Below, one piece after another: positions 53,601 through 64,000 of a stretch of 64,000 nt of DNA. The stretch lies in contig NC_087251.1 in assembly GCF_037042905.1 (NCBI RefSeq), forward strand, positions 28,212,001 through 28,276,000. The letters are read 5' to 3'. The first letter of the stretch is position 1. Every line of letters begins with the position of its first letter. Source of the DNA: Lytechinus pictus (Eukaryota). The notes under the pieces were generated by a model. That model was not told where the DNA came from and did not search any database. It worked only from the letters and a program-made list of their open reading frames with translations. A program made the translations under genes and the position numbers.

Positions 53601-56600
53601 GTATCCAATATGAAGGGGGTGCATTAGCTCAACTGAGTGGATTGGATTTATCTGGGAGATGGAGTTCGACATCTTTTTTTTTCGCTTTAACCAATTTAAA
53701 GTAATTTGAAACTCTGCTTAGTGTTTTTATCGTGTCACTATGGTGAGTTTTCACTATAATTATTGTTGTTAAAAATTAAGGCGGAGTATATACCGTGAAG
53801 GAAAGAAGAAGATTATGTTCATCATATCGTTAATCCCTGATAGTGTATTTTTATTGAGTTGAAGAGAGTATTCAAATCATTTAACTTGTATTAAGTAGAA
53901 AAAATGGTTGAACTGCAGATCGGTTCGAGGGATTATGAGAAAAGTCGAAACACGAGCCTCTAGTAAGTAACTATACACCGTAAAAAAGTGTCACATGATT
54001 TTTTTTTCATAACGGGATGTAGTTGGTGCACAGGTAGGCTTTAGACAGCCGTCAGCCATCTATTTCGAGGCGTTTTTTAACATTTTGTTTAAATTTCTCC
54101 TCGTAATTGGTGAGTGGAGCCAACGGAGTTCAGCGGAACAACCAATATAATAGAGACCGAAGCTTTTGGTCTACAAATGGCCGGTGTTATTGAATGTTAA
54201 TTCTGGAAACACAAATCTTCACAATTACAAAAGCCAAATTATTCTAGCAAAATCATTGTCTCTACAATACATCAAAAGAATAAGGAGCGTTTTTATGAAT
54301 TCAGTGGGGGCTGCGATTATGAAATATCGCCGTTTTCGACTTGCAGTAACTCGGGAGATTGCGTAATGGTTGAGAGAGATACACAAATAAAATTCGTCCA
54401 GAAATTGAACGATTAAACCCCTTGCCACAGAAAATAGCTTCTCAAAAACTTACGAGGTCCTAGGCCATCATAAAACAAATTCGTAACTCGGATCTGCTTT
54501 GAATTTAAGATGGTCACGTCTGATGCTTCGGTTTTATGAACAAGGGGTGAAAAACCTAGTGGACCAAGGCTTAAAGGAGAGGGGGCTACGAAGTTTCCCG
54601 GAATAATCACTTGTCCAAAATTTGCCTGTAGAAGAGAACACGTCATAAAATTAGGCATCCAATTAGAAATACTCACGGCGCACAAAAATATATATTTATA
54701 AGGAAAATCAATACAAGTGTAATAATGCAAAAACTTTTTTTCTTTCATAGAAAGATTTTATTCACTTTACAGAAAAATCATGAAGCGAACATGTTTACAA
54801 CAACTGTATACATGCGTACTATTATCTAATGATAAAACAAAATTATGATGTTTTTGACTGAGATCTTTCTGAAATTAAATTGGCATGAGAATCAGTACTA
54901 AAAATGTTCAATAATTTTTCTAATATGAGATTGAGGGCTTGGGGTATCTTTTCTCCTTGAAAATCACTTCGATTGATCAAGTTCGTCAAATCGGTGGTCG
55001 ATTTAACGGCCATGAAACTATGTGACTCAAGGTAGATACAAGCAACTGATTGGGTAAGGATAATGCTGATTATCAATTTACTAACAGAGGAAAAAGCGAC
55101 GTCTCTCATGTCTCGTAGTATTAACCACTCCCTTATAGAAATCAATCCAGAGAATAGTATAGACTTTCCATATTATTAGCTCGCCAATTGGGGGCAGTGG
55201 GTCTCATAAACCCAAACATCATTTGGGTCACAGGGATATTTTCCGGTTATCATTTCCTTTCTCATCTACCTATTCGATGTTTCCTGTAGTTGATTAAAAG
55301 GGAAATTGTGCCTAACGTTTGCTGAAATTCTAGCAAAGAATGACAGAAAATCGATTTTCTTTTTATTTAATGATATCACTTACGAGCACTGTGGTATAAA
55401 TTGCACAAAACAACTTTTTCTCAGAAAAAAATATCATTGATTTTATTTCTCCTTACAATATAATCAACCACACTATTATACATTCTAATAATAAAAATAT
55501 TTCAAATTCAGTCATCATGAATGAGTAGGAAACTTGGAATCCTCTAAGATTACATTACATGCAGGAGCTGCTATTAACGAGGCGTCACAAAATTAGACTT
55601 TAAAATTATTATCATCAATTTTCCATGGATTTTTTAGAGCTTCATTAACACTTTTTTCTCATTTTTAACTACGATCATCTTTGATGTCAGGGTGGACTAC
55701 CCCATTTAAAGGCGTAAGAATAAATAAGTCTTGATACCGTGAAACTTCGGCACCAAACCGATATCCAAGCAAGTGAAGATACAGTTCTTCCAGCAGGAAG
55801 GCTGACTGAAATATCAACGTTATCATACTGTTCAAGCTTTAAAAGGCTGTATATGAGAGGGAGGGGGAAAGAGCGGGGATAGAAGAGAGAGAGGGAGAAA
55901 ATGAAAGGTGAAAATGAGGGAGGGGTGAAAGAAAATGATTACATGATTAGATGGATTATAATCTAATCATTTCATCATTCATGAATGGAGTTAATCATTA
56001 AATCTACCAAGTTATTTCAAAGGCTTATGTATAAGTAATGTTTGAAATAATTATGTCAACGGTTTTAAGTTATTTCCAGAACTAAAACGGGACTGACGCA
56101 TTCCAGGAAAGCACAATACAATTTAGTTACTATTATAATGAAAATAATATGCTAATTTCATTGGTTCAAAGTGCATCATTGTGATATAATACATTCCCTA
56201 TAAATTGCTAATGGGAGTTCACGTCTGTACAAGGAAAAGCTCCTTGGTCTGACTTAACGAGAAGGGAATTGCACGTCGGAACCATAAAGATGGTTGGAAC
56301 CGGGAGATCAGAACCACGTGTCGTAATACTTGATGCGATAATTTCTCTTGCAGCTCCAAAAAGCTAATCTGGAATGAACTTTGCAATATGTCGTGAAAGA
56401 TTGGTGTCATGGTGATGAGCCAAAAATTTGAGGGGCCAGATAATGGATCGTGCTCTGAAAAAATGAGTAAGCGGAGCAAGTGAGCAATTTATTCACCTTT
56501 TTAATACAAGAAAAAATATGTGGGATAAATTTTGACACAATATTAAGAAAATAATGTAATATATCACTCTTTCTCTCTCCTTTTCTTTCTTATTATAAAG

Positions 56601-58234
56601 TGTGACCTACATGTACCACCCCCAAACCACCAATAAATCGCCAGGTAAGGTTCTCCGTAAATAGCCAAAATAGTAATTTAGTATATAAAAAAAATAGCTC
56701 ATCTGAAAGAACAATTCTTCTTCTTCTTCTTCATACTATGAACATTTGAAGTCGTGAAGTTGAATAAAAGAAAAACTACAATAGTTTCTTGGACACTAAT
56801 TTTTCGGACTGAATGGGAGTTTCACTGAGATTACAAATATGCACATCTCATGCTTGAGTGAACCCCAACTTCAAACCTTGTTTACTCCTTATTTTTGAAG
56901 GTCTTGCTGAATTTCCTCTGCATCCAATCAAGTACTAGAGTAATGGTTATTGTTGGTCAATTTTAACATATTATATATCATTTTAAAGCTTAGGAAGTGA
57001 ATTTTAAGCTCAATGAAAATCTCACTATTCATTTTGGTCGACGTTGGTTTTGGGATGGCAGGTTACATATTTATTCTTTCCTTCCTTGGTCGTATTTTTG
57101 GCGGGGTGGGACATGGCCCCTAAGCCCCCATATTTATGCTAGTGCCTGGAACCTATGGTTGGAAGCTGATTTACTTACGAAAACAGTTTTTAACACATCA
57201 ACCATGAATACTATTGCAGAGAAACATAATCGTTTGTGCGCATTTGCTTTCTTTTTCTTTCCGGGGAACGACGTGATCAATATCATGATTGCAAAAACAT
57301 GACTTAATGACGAACAACAATGGCCTACATGATAGGAAGTTCAATATTTTCAGTGCATATTTATTTAAATGCATTTATTATATATGCATGCCATGTATCT
57401 ATACTTGGAGGAAAATATGTGAAAGTCATATATTCAAAATCTGTAAAGATTACCTTCCTGTTTCGTCCGGTATGATAAAACCATCAGAAGACGGTGTCCC
57501 AGATACTCCAGCCCAAAGGAAAGCATCTGGAACAGGAGAGAAAACTAGTGAGTTGACGAGAATTTGTTTAAGAAAATAATTATCGTTCGTAACGTCATTT
57601 TATCCTCCCCCGAAAAAAATTATTCCAGTTACTACACAGTGAAATACAGTGTGATAACAATATTTTTTAAACTGTGTTCACATCGTTGTCATTCCATTAT
57701 GACAAACTGGAACATGTTTTCACACTGTGGTACCGTGTGTGTGTGTGTCATCACACTGTGCTGAACAAGATCACATACAGTATAGTGTGTATTGTTGGGT
57801 ATTAATTTTTAATATATTAATAAGGTCCCCTCTTGGCCATTTAAAAAAGCCTCATATTCCAAAGCTTCAAGGGGCTCCGCGGCTCCGCCCATTCGAGCCC
57901 ACCAGGGGCCCCTCAGCAATATTTCGCTCGTTAGCGCTAGTGGAGCAGTACAGATTCTCAACAAGAAATGTGGAGCTTCAACAAAAGTAATAGGGTATAG
58001 AATTTAAACACAGTCATTAGATGAGTGTGTGGAATTTAGAGCGAATTGTCGCCAGGGCAAATGTCATGGAACCGAACTGATTCGTACCTGGAGCAGTGCC
58101 ATCATAATTAAAGCCGATGATCCTGATTTGAGTCGAAGTTTCAGCGTAGACTGTCCCGGCAATGCGATGGGATGAGAGATCACTGAGTGATCCAATGAGC
58201 TTGCCATGGTACTGGGCCTGACATAGCGACACGA
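41405..58234 (-). CDS. Skeletor: Skeletor/Knickkopf-like protein (DM13-DM13-DOMON-cupredoxin-like, GPI-type tail); 14 coding exons found, about 648 aa, 5'-most exon not located
   Basis: Hand-spliced GT-AG exons 58234-58088, 57526-57454, 55846-55738, 54625-54454, 53429-53351, 52601-52400, 51790-51560, 50702-50564, 48476-48363, 46248-46063, 45085-44892, 43987-43960, 42756-42599 and 41518-41405 join with matching intron phases into one open frame. Family motifs: FNYDGTAPDAFLWAG, WISVWC, MIGGDVVV, GYQAITG..GWGIAWFING.LIPEL, YHPFYITDD..GG, PDLLYYHCYTHRFLGWKI. Confidence 0.92.
41835..42442. repeat. Degenerate (GATT/ATTG)n simple repeat in the last intron
   Basis: Dense ATTGATTGA/GACCGA/ATCGATCG tetramer-derived motifs. 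Confidence 0.75.
42599..42756 (-). CDS. Skeletor-like exon
   Basis: TGACAG acceptor, AT|GTAAGC donor; EGPLCQY...GDPGVLEWTVPIDAPDLLYYH. Confidence 0.92.
43960..43987 (-). CDS. Skeletor-like 28-nt micro-exon
   Basis: TTCCAG acceptor, G|GTGAGT donor; GIKIYAGPV. Needed to bridge the phase-0 and phase-1 neighbouring exons. Confidence 0.85.
44892..45085 (-). CDS. Skeletor-like exon (C-terminal domain)
   Basis: GACAAG acceptor, AG|GTAAGA donor; GRVGWGIAWFINGILIPELTLKRNVTYTFRVFGGDN...YHPFYITDDINGGY. Confidence 0.92.
46063..46248 (-). CDS. Skeletor-like exon
   Basis: GTGTAG acceptor, G|GTAAGC donor; LQIDFGRNSSACSPL...FTVEMGLSGGRKGYQAIT. Confidence 0.9.
47061..48151. mobile_element. Foldback/MITE element in an intron
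   Basis: Outer IR CAGTCAGTCGGCAAGCC / GGCTTGCAGACTGACTG; inner perfect IR TTAGATGGGTCAGCAGCCAGCTTTT / AAAAGCTGGCTGCTGACCCATCTAA. Confidence 0.7.
48363..48476 (-). CDS. Skeletor-like exon (DOMON C-part)
   Basis: CTTAAG acceptor, A|GTAAGT donor; DATYDQAYTTNGPVYVIWARGPINADGRVAFHNIGWSK. Confidence 0.9.
48562..50178. mobile_element. Longer, inverted copy of the same Helentron-like element, with internal tandem units and a nested insertion
   Basis: Its ends are reverse complements of 1151-1682 (AACAAGTGGA...CTGGCAGTCTCACCTGCAT; GACGCCGCCGCC...AAAAGCGGCGCCTA). Repeated TGACCTTTGACC/GGTCATGTGACCTGAA units. Interrupted at ~49096-49674. Confidence 0.7.
50564..50702 (-). CDS. Skeletor-like exon (DOMON)
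   Basis: TTACAG acceptor, G|GTGAG donor; CTPQNGDGACPD...ENGVTHITYRRPLAAT. Confidence 0.92.
51560..51790 (-). CDS. Skeletor-like exon (DOMON N-part)
   Basis: TCTCAG acceptor, AG|GTAC donor; TFPNCETLVDEKFQVSW...YAAFGLSG...MIGGDVVVTF...AVDYYL. Confidence 0.92.
51833..52143. mobile_element. MITE with ~60-bp TIRs (PIF/Harbinger-like GGC termini)
   Basis: GGCCCGTATTCTGAAGTCGAGTTTAA...GTGGTTTAAGTATGG pairs with CCATACTTAAACCAC...CGACTTCAGAATACGGGCC. Confidence 0.8.
52400..52601 (-). CDS. Skeletor-like exon (end of DM13 #2)
   Basis: TCACAG acceptor, TG|GTAAC donor; TGVIRRYSGETIVLTLPDELTVSDIGHFGLWCIAFSQDFGHV... Confidence 0.9.
53351..53429 (-). CDS. Skeletor-like exon (DM13 #2)
   Basis: ACTTAG acceptor, GG|GTTAGT donor; RAYFWVGPGGTPSNGANDRSIPDENG. 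Confidence 0.9.
54454..54625 (-). CDS. Skeletor-like exon (end of DM13 #1, start of DM13 #2)
   Basis: CTACAG acceptor, C|GTAAGT donor; ANFGQVIIPGNFVAPSPLSLGPL...VTNLFYDGLGP. Confidence 0.92.
55738..55846 (-). CDS. Skeletor-like exon (DM13 #1)
   Basis: ATACAG acceptor, CG|GTATC donor; SLLKLEQYDNVDISVSLPAGRTVSSLAWISVWCRSFT. Confidence 0.9.
57454..57526 (-). CDS. Skeletor-like exon (DM13 #1)
   Basis: TTCCAG acceptor, AG|GTAAT donor; DAFLWAGVSGTPSSDGFIIPDETG. Confidence 0.92.
58088..58234 (-). CDS. Skeletor-like exon: end of signal peptide and start of DM13 #1
   Basis: TACTAG acceptor, G|GTACG donor; VSLCQAQYHGKLIGSLSDLSSHRIAGTVYAETSTQIRIIGFNYDGTAP. Confidence 0.9.
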
Positions 58235-58679
58235 CTAGTATCGAGGAGATAACAAAACAAGGAATATGATATATACAAATTCAGTGATAAAAGATATTTA
58301 GATCAGGGAAGTAATAGAACAGATTTTTAGAAAAGAAATAAGGTCACGTAAACAAACCTAGCGCGTTAAAGCTAGGGTTACACCGGAACGAAATCAGCTG
58401 CGACTTTATCTCAATACACATCATTCTGGTGATTTCGGCTACTGGCGGATCCGGGGGGGGGGGGGCACAGCTGGCCCGTACCCCCCCCCCCCCCCCCTTT
58501 GAGAGGCACAATCAACATCTTTTTTTCTTTTTTTGCTTGCCAAATTTTTTCTTGGACGAAATTCTCCTTAATTTTTGGTTGAAACCCCTTTTTTTGCTTC
58601 TCGAATTTTCCTCCGGGAAAATGTGCCCCCTTTCCAAAAATCCTGTATTCTGTCCTCCCTCCGCGAATTCGATAAAACT

Positions 58680-59180
58680 CAGGAGATGCGGGAAGATTCG
58701 CAAAGGAATTTGGCTCGTTTTGGAATTTTCAAAACCAGCCGAAGACCCCCCAAAATACTCTCGAATGTGACCACAACAAATTTCACTCGGGCCACATTTT
58801 GGATGTATTCGGATGATATTCGGTTGGATTAGGTGAGGCATTTGGAGTATTCTGACCATATTTCGGGTCAATATTCGGGATGTCAGTCGGCTGTAATCGG
58901 AGCAATCGGATCACATTCGGCTCGATGGTACCTTAATATGGCTCGATTCTCGCCACTATTCGGATGGCATTCGGCTTTATTCGGGATGGCAAAAACTGAT
59001 TCTATTCAATTAGTCAATTCTTGTCTGAATCGGGACCTATTCTGGACCAATTCGTCTCTATTCGATCGGGTAGCTCCCCGAATCAGAGACGAATAGGTTC
59101 CGAAACCATCGAATCCATCTGCATCAGGTCATATTCGGGCAGAATCGGTCCGAATTTATTGGGGAGAATTCGGTTTTCTT
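58680..59180. repeat. CpG-rich ATTCGG/CCGAAT degenerate repeat block, likely transposon-derived
   Basis: Many ATTCGG/TCGGA/CCGAA motifs, sharply different from the flanking AT-rich intron. Confidence 0.5.
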
Positions 59181-60039
59181 GTAACCCGAGCTTTAGCGAA
59201 AGCCGGCAAAGAAATTCATGCGTAGTTTGATATCAATTACACATATATTCGAATGAACAAATGACTTGTATCTACATTTGACGAGGAAATTTGTTTTAGG
59301 AAGTGCCAAGTACAAATCAGGCAAAGTAATATACTGCAATGATATATTGTCATGTATATGAATAAGTTTTCTCATCTAGACGTCATGCAACTCTAACATA
59401 AGCAACCAAATACAATTATATATATAACGAGACGCCGTCCATTAACTATTAGCATTTATTGACCCAAACAGAATAGTCATTCAAGGTTATATGCACCACT
59501 GTTGCGTAGTAACAGATATGGTTGCTAAGCAACCTACACGGTTCTGCCCTATGATTCAGCTTAGTCGAAAATTATGTATCCACTCTCAATTTAATTGATT
59601 GAACACAAAATCTACCGCGACTGTCAGCAACGACAGTCGATACCATTATTAGTGATCACTCACATAATTATATCGTGATGTTGTACACGCTATATAAGCT
59701 TAGAAACAATAAATGCTAAAATATAATTATACCATCGAAATATGAATGATTAAGTAAAAATATGGTGGCATAATTGTGTTCATAAGAACAGAGATAAAAA
59801 CATATACGTTTTGTGGACGCTTTGTTGTGGTTTGCCATTGATAATTTTGAAGAAAAAAAACCTATATGTATACTGGATTCATTGCAAATAATAATAATAA
59901 TCCCACGTATGTCTTAAGCTGAATAAATATATTGTGGGACATCTGGGCCCGGTGGGCTGCATGTCTGGGCCCCAAATTGGTATTGGAATTTTTGTGACCC
60001 CCAAAGTATGCAGATTCCATTGCAAAAAGAATGATCCAA

Positions 60040-61320
60040 ATTATGCGGAAACATCCGAATAAACCCATTTATTGGCCCTTTGTTGTGAGTAATATCAATA
60101 CTCCATCGAAAAGGGATTTGCAAATATATGTATAATAACTCATGTAGGCTTATGACATAATTGGCAATGTTCTTATTCAAGGAATTGAAGAGGGTGGTCT
60201 CAAAATGGTAGACAATGGTAGACAAAATCGGCAATTTCTGGATTTTAAGAATGAAAAGTGGAAGCAACCAAGCTTGGTTTAATATTTTTTAATTTCATAC
60301 ACGAAAAGCTTGCGGTAGATTTCTCCTGAACTGTAATTTTGAAACCAATGCATTCACCAGCTACATTCTTTTTATACTTTTGTATTGGAAGATTGGCAAT
60401 TCATCCGTTCCTCAACAGAAGATGAATATCTCATTAATCAGATTATTTGGAACAAATTCTGAGATTCAACTCAATAAAAGAATGATTTTTTCTCAACACC
60501 TATTTGATAAGGGATTATAACCAGGCATATCACATCATGTTATCATGCAATGGCTCACTAAAATGTTATGACTTGCTTAAAGACCAATTTGAAATAAACG
60601 GAAATGATTTTTTTTTTAATTATAAAACGGAATGTACTTTGCTATATGATACAAGAAAAGGAATCAAAATGTTATTCATTTTCATGCAGATGAAATTAAT
60701 TTTCTAAAAGATGATAGTAATGCACAATACTTTCAGAGAAGTCAGGTCTGTACATAGCAAACATTTATATGATTATTTGGTAAAAAGAAGAGAGAACAAT
60801 CTCTTAGTTCTTTTCGATTAAAGGGTAAACACAGTTTAAGCGAATCTGAATGATATAAAGTTAGAAAAATAATGATAAATACATCCATCGATACAAAAAC
60901 TTGAGAATTTCCGTTTAAAGTCATAAATAACATTTTGTTTTTCAATTATGTAAGTGTTTATAATGAAAATAAAAGATTTACCAGAATGCTCTTTGGGATG
61001 TAAAGATTATGAAACGTTAGAACATGCACTATGGTATTGTAGCTACGTACAAACATTTTGGAATGAATATAAAGTTTATTTTTAAATGTTTGATATTTCT
61101 ACTCTGAACAAACAGACTGTAATTGTAGGATTTTTAGAAAAACAACAAGATATAAAAATAAAGAATCATATCTTACTTATTGCAAAAAGATGTATTAACA
61201 CGAGTGTAGATAGTAATAATCATCTAAGCATGGACTGTTTTAATAAAAGAACGTTATTTTCTTCGTATACAGAAGAAGTGCACATTGCTAAAAGGAAAGG
61301 AAAATTGTATCTCCACTAAA
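60040..61320 (+). mobile_element. Decayed L1/Tx1-like LINE ORF2 3' region
   Basis: Remnant peptides GGLKMVD, FLLNCNF, QIIWN and the zinc-finger-like CSLGCKDYETLEHALWYCSYVQTFW, with stops and frameshifts. Confidence 0.75.
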
Positions 61321-62394
61321 GAAAATTTACTTCTAGTCATTGCAAAAAACGATTGGATTTAGTTATGTCTATACTCTAATTTTCTAAACCTATCTTTTCT
61401 TTTATATCATACAACATTTCTGAACTTATTTTGTTTTATATTTTACTATGAACAAACACAACATTTAGGAATGTATCCGGATCGATTTATATTTGATTGT
61501 CTATCGAAAGTATCAATAAAATAGGATTGAAGCATATGATTTCATTCATTGCAGTCATACCTTACTTTGGTGCACATCAAAAGTTACATTATTGTAAAAA
61601 AATATACCTACTCATTTTCCAAGCGTGAAGACATACCACATAATTATAGTACCAAATCATACTCTTTCCAGATATATGATTATGCGTTCATGGCGTATTT
61701 TCTCCTAAAATTGGGGATTATTCATTTTTTTACTCACATGGTAGACTTCCGGGTAGACTGCAGCTTTGTGTATTTGTAATCCGTCAAAACTCACAACAAT
61801 AATTCCCAGGACAAGTAACATGATAAATAAAAAATCGTGTACTCAATTTGGGGATTGCAGATGTGATACATATATATATATGTTGTCAATTTATTCAAAT
61901 GTAAAGTTATCATGATAATTTTTAAACTAAAATGAAATACGTACCCTTATAAAACAAAGACAAAATGACGAAGAATCTACGAGACGTTATTATGGCCACC
62001 ATTTTATTCTCTCCTCTTGCTCTGTTGATGATAACGTAACTGCAATACTGTTATACGTACGTCTAGCGCTTTCGATCAATTGAAAAGGAAACAGTGAGGT
62101 CATTTCTTTGATCTGAATATACCGAGTAAACTGCGTCCGAGCGTGCTAACAAGTTCGGATCGGTATATAGATCAGGATGTTTCAGCATTTCGTGTATGCA
62201 GATTTGTGAAGCTATTGTTCGCGCGCGTGTCTATATACCATCCACTTGAGAGCCCCCCCCCCCCCGGTCCCCCGATCCGATGAAACAAAAGAAAGACGTA
62301 AGTTTTTTGGGGCAGGTAATTTGATCACATAACCATCAACTACATGGATCAGATCGAACAATGGAAATAAGATTAGTCACGTTTATTGGCTATC

Positions 62395-62693
62395 CAGGGG
62401 CGGATCCAGGATTTTCAAAAAGGGGGACACATTTTCCCGAGGGAAAATTTGACAAGCAAAACAACAACAAAAAAAACAAAAAAAAGAAAGGGGGGGAAAA
62501 GGGGTTTTAACCAAAATTAAAGACGTTTCGTCCACGATGAAGTTTGACAAGCAAAAAAAAAAAAAGGTCTTCACTTTTAATAGGGGGGCACACTTCTGTT
62601 TTGAAGACATTATTACATTACAAATTTTAATTGTGCCTCTCAAAGGGGGAGGGGCACGGGCCGGCTTGCCCCCCCCCCCCGCCTCCGCCAGTG
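62395..62693. mobile_element. hAT-like MITE with 8-bp TSD
   Basis: TGGCTATC|CAGGGGCGGATCC ... CTCCGCCAGTG|AGGCTATC; relatives at ~58440-58650 and ~12260-12486. Confidence 0.75.
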
Positions 62694-63381
62694 AGGCTAT
62701 CCATTACTAATGAGTCGATTACTGTAGTGTATATCAATATTGCGTAATAGAAGATCGGCGATCCGAGCGAGACGCCATGCACGATCAACTATCAACATAC
62801 GTGGCGGATTCTTTGAATAGCCTTTGACATCATGTTTCAGGCATTTACATTTTATTAGTTCTTTGATTGCTTAACTGGGAATGGCTGGAGAATGTCACTC
62901 GTGTTGCTACATATTCAATCACGAACCACACCGATCCAGACCGATCAAAGCTTTTACGTTGTTCCGAATGGCATATCATCGATTGGTTTGGAGGCGGTTT
63001 CGTTGGTGTGACTGGCATGAGACAAACTAATGACACAACGTCTTAAACGGAACAAAAACGGAAAAGGCAAGGAATGAGGATAAAGAGGAGAAAGAAAGTC
63101 ATTTGGGCTTGTCACATAACCATATAGAAACGGTAAAATAAACAAGACAGAATAAAAAAAAGTATGAAAACGACGAACGATACACAATATAAAGGCCTAA
63201 AGTTCGTCTGAGAAAAATATGACATGATGCATATTAATTACACAAAAAATAAGATAGAGTATCAAAAAGTAATTTTGCGGGCGGTCTCCAAATAAGTAGG
63301 AATCAAATTACAACCAAAGTCCGTTCTGTTGATGATCAGTGAAGCACAGACGTAGGGAAATTTTGTGAGCATGCAGTATAA

Positions 63382-63937
63382 AGGACAAGTCCATCTCAAC
63401 ATAAAGTTGATTTGAATAAAAAGAGAAAAATCCAACAAGCATAACATTAAAAATTTCATCAAAATCGGATGTAAAATAAGGAAGTTATGAGATTTTTAAT
63501 TTTCGCTTAATTTCACAAAACAGTTATATGCACACTCTGTCAGTATGCAAATGAAGAGACTATAATGATGTCATCCACTCACTATATCTTTTGTATTTTA
63601 TTCTATGAAATATTCTAACTTTCTCTTTAATGTCAAATGAAACAACGATTTTCCTCCATGAACATGTGGAATTAGCATTGTATAATACTATATGGTTCCG
63701 TCAAGTTCGCCCTAATTGTCAAATCTGAAAAAAATGAAATAATGTATAATTCAAACAATAAAAAACAAAATAAATAGTGAGTGCTGGATATTATCGACTG
63801 TCTCATTTGGATGTCACTGAGTTGTGAAAAATAAGCGAAACTTTAAAATAACTTTCTTATTTTACATATGATATTGATGAAATTTTCAGTGTTATGCTAG
63901 TTCGATTATCACCATTTTCTGGGGTGGACTTAATTCT
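63382..63937. mobile_element. Kolobok-like MITE, same family as 38028-38602
   Basis: AGGACAAGTCCA ... GGGGTGGACTT; shared internal motifs. Confidence 0.7.
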
Positions 63938-64000
63938 CACAGGAATTAGGAAATTCACTTTTTTTAAATATTTCAAAAGTTATATTAGAATTTGAGCCAT

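Noticed and set aside
58429..59230. Cluster of 70-120-aa ORFs
   Set aside because: They fall in a MITE and a CpG-rich repeat block, occur on both strands and show no protein motifs.

Overview
AT-rich, intron- and repeat-rich eukaryotic (animal) DNA. The gene and repeat content looks echinoderm, probably sea urchin; this is inference, not proven. Two protein-coding genes are well supported and lie tail-to-tail. (1) An intronless, unusually short Toll-like receptor on + (29390-31189, 599 aa: signal peptide, LRRNT, about 9-10 LRRs, LRRCT, TM, and a TIR with a non-canonical BB loop). (2) A Skeletor/Knickkopf-like gene on -, whose 14 coding exons (58234 down to 41405) I spliced by hand into one continuous frame: 2x DM13, DOMON, a cupredoxin-like C-terminal domain and a GPI-type tail. 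Its first coding exon was not located. The rest is mostly transposon-derived: a DIRS-type tyrosine recombinase relic, a decayed Gypsy-like relic, L2-like and L1/Tx1-like LINE fragments, Helentron-like elements, and hAT-, Kolobok- and Harbinger-like non-autonomous elements. The most unusual structure is a 2-kb TTAA-flanked element holding a ~1.65-kb near-palindrome, with two 34-35-bp hairpin micro-insertions at its centre, each with its own perfect 8-bp target-site duplication. No prokaryotic systems, CRISPR arrays, tRNA or rRNA genes were seen.
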